64,000 nucleotides of DNA from Macrostomum hystrix (GCA_950097015.1 CATNEN010000026.1:1054001-1118000); one strand, 5' to 3'; positions 1-11,689 are shown, counted from the stretch's first letter. The notes: generated by a model from the letters alone, not told the origin. Translations and numbers: made by a program.

Positions 1-3000
1 GCCTAGTCTGTCAACCAATCAGTCACCACCCAACGCTGTTAGCATTCAGGCGCTGCTTCAATCGAGCTTCGTAGTCCTACAGTTAACAAACACCCAACAT
101 TCTTAGAATTCAATAGCATTTAAATCATCGCCTTTATCCTCAAGCCTCTAATGAGCCAGTCGATCTTTTCTAGCTCCTACGCTCGTAGTTGAGTTTTATC
201 AATGTGTCTCTTCTAGGAGAGAAGCAAATTAAATTACAGCCTGCATCTGCAGCCACTGTTTCTGAGGAGAAATTTAGACAGCCGAGCAGTTCTGCTCCGC
301 CACACGCATTTCCTCACCCTTCTTCTCTCCTTTTACTGACTTCCAGGGCGTCACAGCCACATCATGGAGCGGTCCTTTCAGCAGCGGAATTTCTGCAGAA
401 GTATAACCACAAAGGAGGATGAAAAAACAAGGCCACGTTATAGGCAAGGTACAGTTTAGGCGAATAGACAGCCAAAGAAACGAATGGTTTAGCAATCCAA
501 TGCAGCTACAAAGCAGGCTTATAATCAACTTATTTACAGGCAAATAGCGACTCTCGTGCTGCAATTATGCGTAAAAAAACTCGTATCGAGGCGCAATCTA
601 TAGCTCTTCGCATTCAGCTCCCCAACTTTTCATCCTAAAGCGAACTTTAACCGAACAGGTAAAGCAACGAAACGCAGACACCGCGGCAGTTTTAAAAAAA
701 TTAGGCACGTGCAGAAACAGTCTTAAGTCCAACTCAACCCCCCGCCGACTGTATCGTCAAATCCGATTTTTTTGCACGTCTCGAATTTTATCTACAAATT
801 TTTTAGATCTCGACAAGTAGGTCCATCCCAGGAACCTACATCGAGTGTATCCGGGATAATTATCTGCAGGCGTATCCTGCTGGGGAGGGTACGCCTCATA
901 ACTAGAGGTGACAACTTGCCTGTGTGTGTCTGTGTGTGCCTGTGTGTGCCTGTGTGTGTTTGTGTGTGCCTGTGTGTGTCTGTGTGTGTTTGTGTGTGTG
1001 TGCCTGTGTGTGCCTGTGTGTGTCTGTGTGTGTCTGTGTGTGTCTGTGTGTGTGTGTCTGTGTGTGCCTGTGTGTGTCTGTGTGTGACTGTGTGTGTCTG
1101 TGTGTGCCTGTGTGTGCCTGTGTGTGTCTGTGTGTGTCTGTGTGTGTCTGTGTGTGTGTGTCTGTGTGTGCCTGTGTGTGTCTGTGTGTGACTGTGTGTG
1201 TCTGTGTGTGTCTGTGTGTGACTGTGTGTGACTGTGTGTGATTGTGTGTGACTGTGGTGACTGTGTGTGACTGTGTGTGTCTGTGTGTGCCTGTGTGTGT
1301 CTGTGTGTGCCTGTGTGTGCCTGTGTGTGTCTGTGTGTGCCTGTGTGTGACTGTGTGTGTCTGTGTGTGTCTGTGTGTGACTGTGTGTGTCTGTGTGTGT
1401 CTGTGTGTGACTGTGTGTGTCTGTGTGTGTCTGTGTGTGTCTGTGTGTGACTGTGGTGACTGTGTGTGTCTGTGTGTGTGTGTCTGTGTGTGCCTGTGTG
1501 TGTCTGTGTGTGACTGTGTGTGTCTGTGTGTGTCTGTGTGTGTCTGTGTGTGACTTTGGTGACTGTGTGTGACTGTGTGTGACTGTGTGTGACTGTGTGT
1601 GATTGTGTGTGACTGTGGTGACTGTGTGTGACTGTGTATGTCTGTGTGTGCCTGTGTGTGCCTGTGTGTGTCTGTGTGTGCCTGTGTGTGACTGTGTGTG
1701 TCTGTGTGTGTCTGTGTGTGACTGTGTGTGTCTGTGTGTGTCTGTGTGTGACTGTGTGTGACTGTGTGTGATTGTGTGTGACTGTGTGTGCCTATGTGTG
1801 ACTGTGTGTGACTGTGTGTGACTGTGTGTGACTGTGTGTGTCTGTGTGTGCCTGTGTGTGACTGTGTGTGACTGTGTGTGTCTGTGTGTGCCTGTGTGTG
1901 ACTGTGTGACTGTGTGTGTCAGTGTGTGCCTGTGTGTGACTGTGTGTGACTGTGTGTGTCTGTGTGTGCCTGTGTGTGACTGTGTGTGACTGTGTGTGAC
2001 TGTGTGTGTCTGTGTGTGCCTGTGTGTGACTGTGTGTGACTGTGTGTGTCTGTGTGTGACTGTGTGACTGTGTGTGTCAGTGTGTGCCTGTGTGTGACTG
2101 TGTGTGACTGTGTGTGTCTGTGTGTGCCTGTGTGTGACTGTGTGTGACTGTGTGTGACTGTGTGTGACTGTGTGTGTCAGTGTGTGACTGTGTGTGACTG
2201 TGTGTGTCTGTGTGTGACTGTGTGTGACTGTGTGTGACTGTGTGTGACTGTGTGTGACTGTGTGTGTCAGTGTGTGACTGTGTGTGACTGTGTGTGACTG
2301 TGTGTGTCTGTGTGTGACTGTGTGTGACTGTGTGTGACTGTGTGTGTCTGTGTGTGCCTGTGTGTGACTGTGTGACTGTGTGTGTCAGTGTGTGCCTGTG
2401 TGTGACTTAGTGTGACTGTGTGTGACTTTGTGTGTCTGTGTGTGCCTGTGTGTGACTGTGTGTGACTGTGTGTGACTGTGTGTGTCTGTGTGTGCCTGTG
2501 TGTGACTGTGTGTGACTGTGTGTGTCTGTGTGTGCCTGTTTGTGACTGTGTGTGACTGTGTGTGTCAGTGTGTGACTGTGTGTGACTGTGTGTGTCTGTG
2601 TGTGACTGTGTGTGACTGTGTGTGACTGTGTGTGATTGTGTGTGACTGTGGTGACTGTGTGTGACTGTGTATGTCTGTGTGTGCCTGTGTGTGCCTGTGT
2701 GTGTCTGTGTGTGCCTGTGTGTGACTGTGTGTGTCTGTGTGTGTCTGTGTGTGACTGTGTGTGTCTGTGTGTGTCTGTGTGTGACTGTGTGTGACTGTGT
2801 GTGACTGTGTGTGACTGTGTGTGTCTGTGTGTGCCTGTGTGTGACTGTGTGTGACTGTGTGTGTCTGTGTGTGCCTGTGTGTGACTGTGTGTGTCTGTGT
2901 GTGTCTGTGTGTGTCTGTGTGTGACTGTGGTGACTGTGTGTGTCTGTGTGTGTGTGTCTGTGTGTGCCTGTGTGTGTCTGTGTGTGACTGTGTGTGTCTG

Positions 3001-5408
3001 TGTGTGTCTGTGTGTGTCTGTGTGTGACTTTGGTGACTGTGTGTGACTGTGTGTGACTGTGTGTGACTGTGTGTGATTGTGTGTGACTGTGGTGACTGTG
3101 TGTGACTGTGTATGTCTGTGTGTGCCTGTGTGTGCCTGTGTGTGTCTGTGTGTGCCTGTGTGTGACTGTGTGTGTCTGTGTGTGTCTGTGTGTGACTGTG
3201 TGTGTCTGTGTGTGTCTGTGTGTGACTGTGTGTGACTGTGTGTGATTGTGTGTGACTGTGTGTGCCTATGTGTGACTGTGTGTGACTGTGTGTGACTGTG
3301 TGTGACTGTGTGTGTCTGTGTGTGCCTGTGTGTGACTGTGTGTGACTGTGTGTGTCTGTGTGTGCCTGTGTGTGACTGTGTGACTGTGTGTGTCAGTGTG
3401 TGCCTGTGTGTGACTGTGTGTGACTGTGTGTGTCTGTGTGTGCCTGTGTGTGACTGTGTGTGACTGTGTGTGACTGTGTGTGTCTGTGTGTGCCTGTGTG
3501 TGACTGTGTGTGACTGTGTGTGTCTGTGTGTGCCTGTGTGTGACTGTGTGACTGTGTGTGTCAGTGTGTGCCTGTGTGTGACTGTGTGTGACTGTGTGTG
3601 TCTGTGTGTGCCTGTGTGTGACTGTGTGTGACTGTGTGTGACTGTGTGTGTCTGTGTGTGCCTGTGTGTGACTGTGTGTGACTGTGTGTGACTGTGTGTG
3701 TCTGTGTGTGCCTGTGTGTGACTGTGTGTGACTGTGTGTGTCTGTGTGTGACTGTGTGTGACTGTGTGTGTCAGTGTGTGACTGTGTGTGACTGTGTGTG
3801 TCTGTGTGTGACTGTGTGTGACTGTGTGTGACTGTGTGTGACTGTGTGTGACTGTGTGTGTCAGTGTGTGACTGTGTGTGACTGTGTGTGACTGTGTGTG
3901 TCTGTGTGTGACTGTGTGTGACTGTGTGTGACTGTGTGTGTCTGTGTGTGCCTGTGTGTGACTGTGTGACTGTGTGTGTCAGTGTGTGCCTGTGTGTGAC
4001 TTAGTGTGACTGTGTGTGACTTTGTGTGTCTGTGTGTGCCTGTGTGTGACTGTGTGTGACTGTGTGTGACTGTGTGTGTCTGTGTGTGCCTGTGTGTGAC
4101 TGTGTGTGACTGTGTGTGTCTGTGTGTGCCTGTGTGTGACTGTGTGTGTCAGTGTGTGACTGTGTGTGACTGTGTGTGTCTGTGTGTGACTGTGTGTGAC
4201 TGTGTGTGACTGTGTGTGTCTGTGTGTGCCTGTTTGTGACTGTGTGTGACTGTGTGTGTCAGTGTGTGACTGTGTGTGACTGTGTGTGTCTGTGTGTGAC
4301 TGTGTGTGACTGTGTGTGACTGTGTGTGATTGTGTGTGACTGTGGTGACTGTGTGTGACTGTGTATGTCTGTGTGTGCCTGTGTGTGCCTGTGTGTGTCT
4401 GTGTGTGCCTGTGTGTGACTGTGTGTGTCTGTGTGTGTCTGTGTGTGACTGTGTGTGTCTGTGTGTGTCTGTGTGTGACTGTGTGTGACTGTGTGTGTCT
4501 GTGTGTGCCTGTGTGTGACTGTGTGTGACTGTGTGTGACTGTGTGTGTCTGTGTGTGCCTGTGTGTGACTGTGTGTGACTGTGTGTGTCTGTGTGTGACT
4601 GTGTGTGACTGTGTGTGTCAGTGTGTGACTGTGTGTGCCTGTGTGTGTCTGTGTGTGTCTGTGTGTGTCTGTGTGTGGCTGTGTGTGCCTATGTGTGTCT
4701 GTGTGTGTCTGTGTGTCTGTGTGTCTGTGTGTGTGTTTCTGTATGTGTCTGCGTGTGTCTGTGTGTCTGTGTGTGTGTGTCTGTATGTGTCTGTGTGTGT
4801 CTGTTTGTCCGCAGCTATTGAATCGAGCCAATACTCGTAGCCAGAATCGAACGAAGAGTAGAATCGCTGCTAGAAGTAAACCAAGAACTAATTAAAGATT
4901 CTAAGCTACAATCGAATTTTAGTTAAGAATCGCAGTAGGAACCGAAGCTAGAATCGAAGCTAGAATCGAAATAATAATCCTAGTTGAATAATTGCTTGAG
5001 TCGGAACTAGAATACTCGTTGGGAACGCGTTTTGAGTTGAGATCAGCTAAGATCAGTTGAAAGCAATACAAAAAAGCTGCATTCATCGTTCGCAGATAAA
5101 GCTAGAAAAGTCCAACTGCCTTTAGTTTTTTTTCAACCAGAGAACGTTCTGCTGCTTTAGAAATGACAGGTGCAAAAAACACCAAGATGGACCCGCAATT
5201 CCTGCTTCAACGCTCTGCTGCTTTAAAAAGTAACTTTTCCTCTTGCTGTCACGGGGGAGGCCAGTTGAATAATTGATTCGACAACCAGTTGTCTGCATCT
5301 GGCCTGGAAGCCGGGAGATGCTCCGCTGGCACGCCTCCTTCACGCCTAATTGAATTGAGAAACAATTGAGTGCCTGGCTGGGTCTCACGAGCCTCACTAA
5401 AGGATGAC
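1..5408 (+). repeat. Segmental duplication, copy 1 (other copy 40113-42666); runs off the window start
   Basis: Base 1 matches 40113 (identical ORFs 189..422/40301..40534 and 274..564/40386..40676, offset 40112). Unique flanks on both sides of the GT satellite match up to ...cactaaaggatgac (5408 = 42666). Confidence 0.95.
920..4806. repeat. Compound (GT)-rich satellite, ~10 bp unit CTGTGTGTG(T/C/A), with an internal higher-order duplication
   Basis: Read directly. Rare markers (actttggt, cctatgtg) recur 1474 bp apart. Confidence 0.97.
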
Positions 5409-5422
5409 TAAAGGATCACTAA

Positions 5423-6032
5423 AGTAGTAGGGCGAATTATGACACTGCCGCATTAGCACTGGGGAGATAGGAAAGCAGTGTAAAAGGATAGGAGCGGGGC
5501 CTACACAGTGGAGATATGCAGGCCAATCAGGTGGGTTTGTGCAGGAGCCCATTACTGTGCTTATGACACTGCCGCATTAGCACTGGGGAGATAGGAAAGC
5601 AATGTAAAATGATAGGAAGGAAACGAATGCACTGCAGAGATAAGAGAAATGGCTGGCCTATCTCTGTGCATTAGGGATGGATTAACACTGCAGGGATAGG
5701 AAGAGAGGCCGGCCTATCTCTTTGCGCTGGGTGATTAACACAGCAGAGATAGGAGTAGAGGGGGTGTGGGGGTGTGGGGGCGAAGCCCCCACATTTTAAT
5801 TAGCCTTTAATTTTCTTGGTCACTCTGCCTCTGACAAACGGAACTCGCTGGCGCTGGCCCATTTAACCTCCAAGCAGCTGCACTGAGAGAACGTTAAATG
5901 CTACCTTGATGTCTGTGATGCAGGTCATTGCAAGGTCCTGCCTTGCTGGTCTATCTCTCTCTTTGCATTGGGGGTGGGTTAACACTGCAGGGATAGGAAG
6001 AGAGGGTCCGCCTATCATTTGGCACTGCAAAT
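5423..6032 (+). repeat. Left terminal inverted repeat (610 bp)
   Basis: Reverse complement of 21356-22213 once two extra 124 bp units in the right TIR are removed (610+248=858). Confidence 0.93.
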
Positions 6033-6440
6033 AGTCCTCGGAAATTCCGTGGGGTCCTAGTGTGTGAACAAACGCCTATGTGTTTGCATAGTGGACTCTG
6101 TCGCAGGTAAATCTGTCTGAGAGGGAGAGAGACAGTCAGTGCAGTCTGATAAACCGATTGATTATTCAGTTCCACTCCTCCAATGGAATTTCACTTTTGC
6201 TCTGGTCTCTCATATTTTTTCATATGAAGACAACAACAAAACAACTGTTGGCCTGGGCAAAACAGTGAAACCACCATCTGTTTGCAGTGGGTATGGGCAA
6301 CACTGTAGAGATAGGACAGTGGATGCGTAGCATAGATACATAAATTCAGCCTAATGTTATTATAAGTTTTCTTAGTATTACAAGTGTATGCGCCCACAGT
6401 CTCACCCACCCCATTACGTTAACCCACCCCACTCCGCTGG

Positions 6441-6448
6441 TATATAAG
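6441..6448 (+). promoter_or_regulatory. Candidate TATA box (TATATAAG) for the first Polinton gene
   Basis: Canonical TATA motif ~80 bp upstream of ATG 6530, just inside the left TIR. Confidence 0.5.
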
Positions 6449-6529
6449 GGTGGGGATTTTTTATTATCGTTAAGAGAGGATTTCTGTTAAACTAATAGCC
6501 ATTTCGTCACGGAAGTTTGACCTGCTACC

Positions 6530-7272
6530 ATGGATCTTAGCGACGGCTTTAAAGTTCAAGTACAGGATTCATCGCTATCCGACGCTTCTACTCTTCTGAC
6601 GGGGAGCTGAAGCCTGGAATCCCTGGATTCAACTTGAACGTACACCAATGGGAGAAGCTGAAGCAGCTAAGGCGCCAACTCGTGCAGGCTGCAGTCAACC
6701 GACGAAACGTCACTGCCAAGCTGGGCTCCGACAAGCTCGTAGAAGTCAAGCGAGGAGTCATCTGGCTCAAGCGACTGCCGGAGGACTGCACGGAGGATTT
6801 CCTGAGACGGAATTCGATCGAGATGACTCCCCGTCTGTGGCGAGCGCTGTGGTGCCATGTCGACCGGATCAGTAGTGAGCTGAGAGGAAAGTCACCGGAG
6901 TGCGAGTACGAGCTGGACCCTCAGGACATCAAGACCGAGCCGGACATCGAGAATCGGGCGGGCCAACACTCTAGTGAGGATGCGGACGACGAGAAGACGC
7001 TGCTGATTTCCGAGTCAGACAACGCAACCTCCGAACCGCTTCCAGCTGCAGCCCAACTGTCGACGCCCAAAGCATTCGGCTGCATCCCACAGCAGGACAG
7101 CGACCTGTCTAAGGATCCTTACTGGTATCAGGCCCGTGCGGCTGCGGGTCTCAGTGTCAACTGCTTGATTGGAAGCCGCAAGCGCAAGCAGCCATGGCCT
7201 CTGCGTAGGAGTGATGCGATCAAGTTTCCGAAGCTGACGGATGACTCAGATGAAAACAAGGACAACGAGTGA
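6530..7272 (+). pseudogene. Tandem PC4/Sub1-like (ssDNA-binding/coactivator) protein with acidic tail; frameshift near 6560
   Basis: ATG 6530 gives MDLSDGFKVQV, then the frame of ORF 6634 gives GFIAIRRFYSSDGELKPGIPGFNLNVHQWEKLKQL (PC4 pattern IDIRExY..GEMKPGxKGISLxxEQWxxLK). A second repeat follows: LGSDKLVEV..GVIWLKR...NSIEMTPRLWRALWCHVDRI. Confidence 0.7.
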
Positions 7273-7553
7273 ATTTCCAAGTGACAGTACATGCATCAAA
7301 TAATTTCTAACTTCATTCATTTGGTCAAATGCGCACTAAGCTTATTATCTATCCAGCCATATTTCAGCAATATAGGCTACAGAGTAATTTTGCTCTGTGC
7401 TTCTCGCAATAGCTAATTTAACTGTCTTTTTTGGCTTTATTTCTCGGTATATGTATCAAGACATTTTATAAACTACATTGTGTCAATACAACTTAAGAAA
7501 GTTGCTAAAGACAAAAAATAATATTGATTCTGACATCCTCTTCATGTTGGAAA

Positions 7554-8622
7554 ATGGAAAAGCTTTACTACAACCCCGCTCAGCCGGCCAGTTTCTCAGG
7601 TGCATCAAAGTTGCAGCAGCAACTAGGGAAAAATAATGAGGTGAAATCTAGAAAATAAATTGAGCTGTGGTTAACTGAACAGCCCGTGCACACACTGCAC
7701 AGGTCGGCTAGAAGGCGCTATCCCAGAGCACCAATCATAGTGCGATCCATTGACGATCAATGGGAGCTTGACTTGGTTGAGATGATTCCATTCGCAAAGT
7801 ACAATAATGGCTACAAGTACATTCTCACATGCATTGATGCGCTGTCCAAATGTGCATGGGCCAGGCCATTGAAAAATAAATCAGCTGCAGAAGTGCAGTC
7901 CGCATTCGAGAGCATTCTGAAATACTCAAAACGCCAGCCTCGCACAGTCCGCACAGATCAGGGGAAAGAGTTTCTTAACACTACTTTTCGCCAATTCTGC
8001 ATAGAGCGGGGGATTCTGGCTTTCCCAACCAATAGTGAGCAGAAAGCAGCCATCATTGAGCGATGGAACAGAACTCTGAAGAGCAAAATGTGGCGGTATT
8101 TCACGTACAAAAGCACCCTGCACTGGGTTGACGTGCTGTCCAAGCTAGTGAAGTCCTACAACAGCACTTACCATAGAAGCATAAAAATGGCGCCAACAAG
8201 CGTCTGCAAAGAGAATGAATCTGAGGTCTGGATGAACCTGTACGATGGGAAAGCAATTGAGACAATAGAGAAGCTGAAGAAACCGAAATTCTGCGACAAT
8301 CAGTTAGTGAGAATTTCCAATGCACCCAGGGTGTTCCGAAAGGGCTACAAGGCCAACTGGAGCGAGGAAGTGTACACTGTGGTGGCCAGGGCCCCGAAGC
8401 ACTACCCGTACATGTACAAGATTAGAGACATGAAGGGGGGAAGAGATTCGAGGCCTCTTCCATGAGCAAGAGCTGCAGGCTGTTCCGGACTCACAGCGGT
8501 TGTATGTGATTGAAAAGATTTTGAAGACTGAGAAACGTCATGGAAAAATCCGATATCTTGTGAAGTGGGCCGGCTACAACTCCACCGCGTGGGTGGATGA
8601 AAAGGACTTAAGAAAAGTCTAG
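7554..8622 (+). pseudogene. INT: Polinton RVE integrase with C-terminal chromodomain; in-frame TAA 7656-7658 and +1 G frameshift at 8435-8440
   Basis: MEKLYYNPAQPASFSG N-terminus. Catalytic motifs WELDLVEM, VRTDQGKEF, AAIIERWNRTLK. The corrected tail reads YVIEKILK...YLVKWAGYNSTAW (chromodomain). Confidence 0.93.
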
Positions 8623-8659
8623 TAGTAAACCTATTTCTGTGATAAAGGTATTTTCTATT

Positions 8660-9472
8660 ATGAGAAACATTGTTATCAACAGTGAACATGCTGAAGGTAC
8701 TTCTAGTGACTTTCATTTTCACCTGCCTTCCCCTATTTACTTGGATCGAAATGTGGACTATGAGGCTGGTCTGGTTGAAATCCATCTGCCTGTTGCATGG
8801 TTCAATCTTGACGAACCTTACTGCATCACTGTCTCAGTTGGAAGAGAGCACGAGGCCCTGGTTCTTCAACCTGGACGCTTTGCTAGAGTGGAGGAGCTGG
8901 TGGAGTGCCTGAATGAGCTGCTGACCAACTCTGAGTCTCTGTTCTTTGATGCGAGAAGCGACAGAGATGCTGAAATGGAGGCAGACGAATCGGGTCTGCT
9001 GGGGCGGCGTGGTAGTGCAAGAGAGTTCGCTATAAAATTTGAAATATGCAACTCAAGAACTGTTGTGCAAAACAGTACCGCGGAAGCAGAGCTGTTTCTT
9101 CCTCCTAACAAAATTCTGCAGTGGCTTGGATTCGGAAGTCAAGCAGTTACGATCCGACCTGGTCGCTTTGTGTCAAAGCATTACATTGGCTGCCCACGCA
9201 CCAGCTTAATTAATGTCCACTGCAGCATTGTTGAATCAACTAACTGCAACTGCAGCTCCCTGCTGAGAACTGTTAGCATGAATTCTGAAATTGAATGGGG
9301 TTACTATCTGAGCAAAGTGTTTAAGAAAACGACATTCTTTCCGATTCAGAGAGTCAATTTCCTACAAAGTATTCGAATTCAACTGCGAGACATTTTTGAC
9401 TGCACATTTATCGCGCAGACTTGCAGTCCTGTTTTGCTGACCGTTCAGATTCGCGAAAAAAAAATTCAATGA
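8660..9472 (+). CDS. PX: Minor capsid protein (penton, single jelly-roll)
   Basis: Motif DFHFHLPSPIYL...YEAGLVEIHLP and C-terminal IRIQLRD, typical of Polinton pentons. Lies upstream of the MCP. Confidence 0.82.
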   Translation: MRNIVINSEHAEGTSSDFHFHLPSPIYLDRNVDYEAGLVEIHLPVAWFNLDEPYCITVSVGREHEALVLQPGRFARVEELVECLNELLTNSESLFFDARSDRDAEMEADESGLLGRRGSAREFAIKFEICNSRTVVQNSTAEAELFLPPNKILQWLGFGSQAVTIRPGRFVSKHYIGCPRTSLINVHCSIVESTNCNCSSLLRTVSMNSEIEWGYYLSKVFKKTTFFPIQRVNFLQSIRIQLRDIFDCTFIAQTCSPVLLTVQIREKKIQ

Positions 9473-9839
9473 ATTATCAGCAGCTGATTAGGCAATACTC
9501 GGGAGCTCAAACAGGAGCTCAAAAGTCAGTACTTTATGGCTGCGGGAGTTCTCCAGGGCTTATGACGTACCAGCCTCCACCAGATGCTTCATCATCATCA
9601 TTAACAGGGCTGATCAATAGCAGCCGTGGCAAAACAAAAAGTCCTAAGAAATCGAAACGAAAGCAGAAAAAATGAAAGAAGAATCAACTAGCCGGAACAC
9701 TAGTCGCAAGAGAGGAAGGAAGACAAAGACTGGCAAGAAAAAGCTTAAGAAAAGGACTGACAAGAAAAGGAAAGCAACTGGAAGAAAGCGCAAAGTCAAC
9801 AGAAAAACTGTGAAACGGGTGCTCGACTCTCTGTCCTAG
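9469..9839 (+). CDS. Lys/Arg-rich putative virion core protein; split by a probable 1-nt deletion in the A6 run at 9667-9672
   Basis: 9469-9675 (MNYQQLIR...KKSKRKQKK) plus 9672-9839 (MKEESTSRNTSRKRGRK...RKTVKRVLDSLS) join in frame with one extra A. Sits between penton and hexon. Confidence 0.6.
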
Positions 9840-9842
9840 GCG

Positions 9843-11126
9843 ATGGCTTACGGATTTAACCCAAGGCTCGATCTGTTCAAGGCGCCTGTGCTACAGACTT
9901 GTATTGAGAAATCTGCTTACGTTGACATTCATCCTGTGAATTCTATTGTTGCAAACTCACCCATTGAATTTGACTGCCACCAATCAGCTGATGAGTACAC
10001 TGATTTAGTTAATTCATTTCTATACATTCGGTGTCGCATTGTGAGACTGAATGGTGCATTGATGAGGGAGGATGAGCTGGGTGAGGATGGAGTTGTTGCA
10101 GACCGCAGAGACAGCAATGTGCATCCGGAAAATTTTGTTCTGTCTACAGCCTTCTCAGATGTAATTGTTAGCATTAACCAGCGAATCGTCTCTGGGGGTG
10201 ACCAGCTGTACCCGTACCATGCCTACTTCAAAGCACTGATGAGCTCATCCGATGCCCAGCAACTCAAATTTCACCCTGCCGGTTTCTTGGAACCCGACTC
10301 AGCTGATGAGGACCACACTGAGAACCACAGGACCTCCCAATGGAGGGAATATGCGGGACCACTCCTTAGCGACATTTTCCAGTGCCCTGTGTTTCTGCTG
10401 AACAATTTGCACCTGCACATCAAACTGGTGCCCAGTGACGGAGCATTTGGAATCAGAGCTCCAGCCGCCAACAACACCGCCTACAGGATGGAAATATCGC
10501 ACTGCATCCTCTATCTCCGCCGAGTCAAAGTTCTGCCCCACATCAGCTTGGCTCACGAGCAGGGGCTGACTAATCAGAATGCGCTCTACCCAATTGAGCG
10601 AACTGAAATGCAAAACTTCATCCTGCCCCAGGGAATTCAGTCAAAGAATATTGAAGGATTCACGCACGGAAAGCTCCCGAAATTCATCATGCTGGCCTTC
10701 GTCAACCACCGAGCCTTCAATGGGCACCATCATTCCAGCCCGTTCCAGTTCCAAAACTTCAACCTGAGTCAGCTTGCTCTCAAGAAAGGGGGTGAATCCA
10801 TGTGCCACGGGGCATTTACACCTGAGAACAATTCGTTTGTGAGAGAATATTTGCACTACCTGAAAAGCTGTCAATCTGCGAGCCACACCAACTCGGTTCC
10901 ATCGATTCCCTACCAGCTCTTCTCAAACGAGAACACTGTGTTCGCATTCGATCTGACACCCGAGGGAGCGGCTCTGTGGTACGGGCAGAAGGAGGGAAAC
11001 CTGCGGCTGGAGATTCGGTTCCGACAGGCCTTGGATGAAGCCGTGTCCCTGATTGTCATGTGTGTGTATGACTCACTGATTGAGGTCACCAAGCACAGGG
11101 AGCTATTGCTGGACTATTCATCTTAA
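9843..11126 (+). CDS. PY: Major capsid protein (double jelly-roll, hexon-like), 427 aa, intact
   Basis: LDLFKAPVLQTCIE..YVDIHP...PIEF...EYTDL..SFLY, plus PFQFQNFNL and C-terminal GNLRLEIRF...LIEVT motifs of the Polinton MCP. Confidence 0.93.
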   Translation: MAYGFNPRLDLFKAPVLQTCIEKSAYVDIHPVNSIVANSPIEFDCHQSADEYTDLVNSFLYIRCRIVRLNGALMREDELGEDGVVADRRDSNVHPENFVLSTAFSDVIVSINQRIVSGGDQLYPYHAYFKALMSSSDAQQLKFHPAGFLEPDSADEDHTENHRTSQWREYAGPLLSDIFQCPVFLLNNLHLHIKLVPSDGAFGIRAPAANNTAYRMEISHCILYLRRVKVLPHISLAHEQGLTNQNALYPIERTEMQNFILPQGIQSKNIEGFTHGKLPKFIMLAFVNHRAFNGHHHSSPFQFQNFNLSQLALKKGGESMCHGAFTPENNSFVREYLHYLKSCQSASHTNSVPSIPYQLFSNENTVFAFDLTPEGAALWYGQKEGNLRLEIRFRQALDEAVSLIVMCVYDSLIEVTKHRELLLDYSS

Positions 11127-11672
11127 TGAAAGTTGATATGGATGCCCTTCAGCTGCGTTGTCTTGCTAGATCCTTCCTGCCCAGCAATCGAATCTTGATA
11201 ATCACCCTTTGCTTAAAGCAAAAGACCTGGATAATAAACTGGGATGAAGGAAGAATGCGTGAGAAAATTCCCAATCACAACAGAATCATCAGCTTCTTCT
11301 TGATAAAACACAGCGTCTCGTTTGGACACTGGGTTGCATGTTTTGTTGGCAATGGAAATGTAGTTGAATTATTTGATTCTCTCGGTTGGAATGCACAGAC
11401 TCTGAGTGCCATCCACCAATTTTTTGCTAATAAATTCAAGTTTTCTTTTCCGCATGCTTTGCAATGTTAACCGAATCCAATGCAGTCAGTCGGACAAGTG
11501 CGGACTTTTCTGTCTCTATTTTGCATATCAAAGATTTCTTTTGAAGCGATCATTCGAATGGATTCTGCGAAATCTACACGTGAAAGAAAACTGCCCGTTG
11601 AATGACAGAATGCTTTGTCAGTTTGAAGCCAGCTTAAGAAAAAGAGGTTTATGGCGAAAAAGAAATAGTTGA
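11126..11672 (+). pseudogene. PRO: Adenain-like cysteine protease, frameshifted around 11430-11460
   Basis: GHWVACF...ELFDSLG (His/Asp) in one frame; RIQCSQSDKCGLFCLYF (Gln/Cys) in the next. Confidence 0.88.
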
Positions 11673-11689
11673 AATAAAGCCTAAGTGAG

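Noticed and set aside
772-4895. CV/TH-rich ORFs here and at 41020-42154, 49657-49866, 51512-51959, 53037-53406 and 57635-59210
   Set aside because: Translations of simple repeats.
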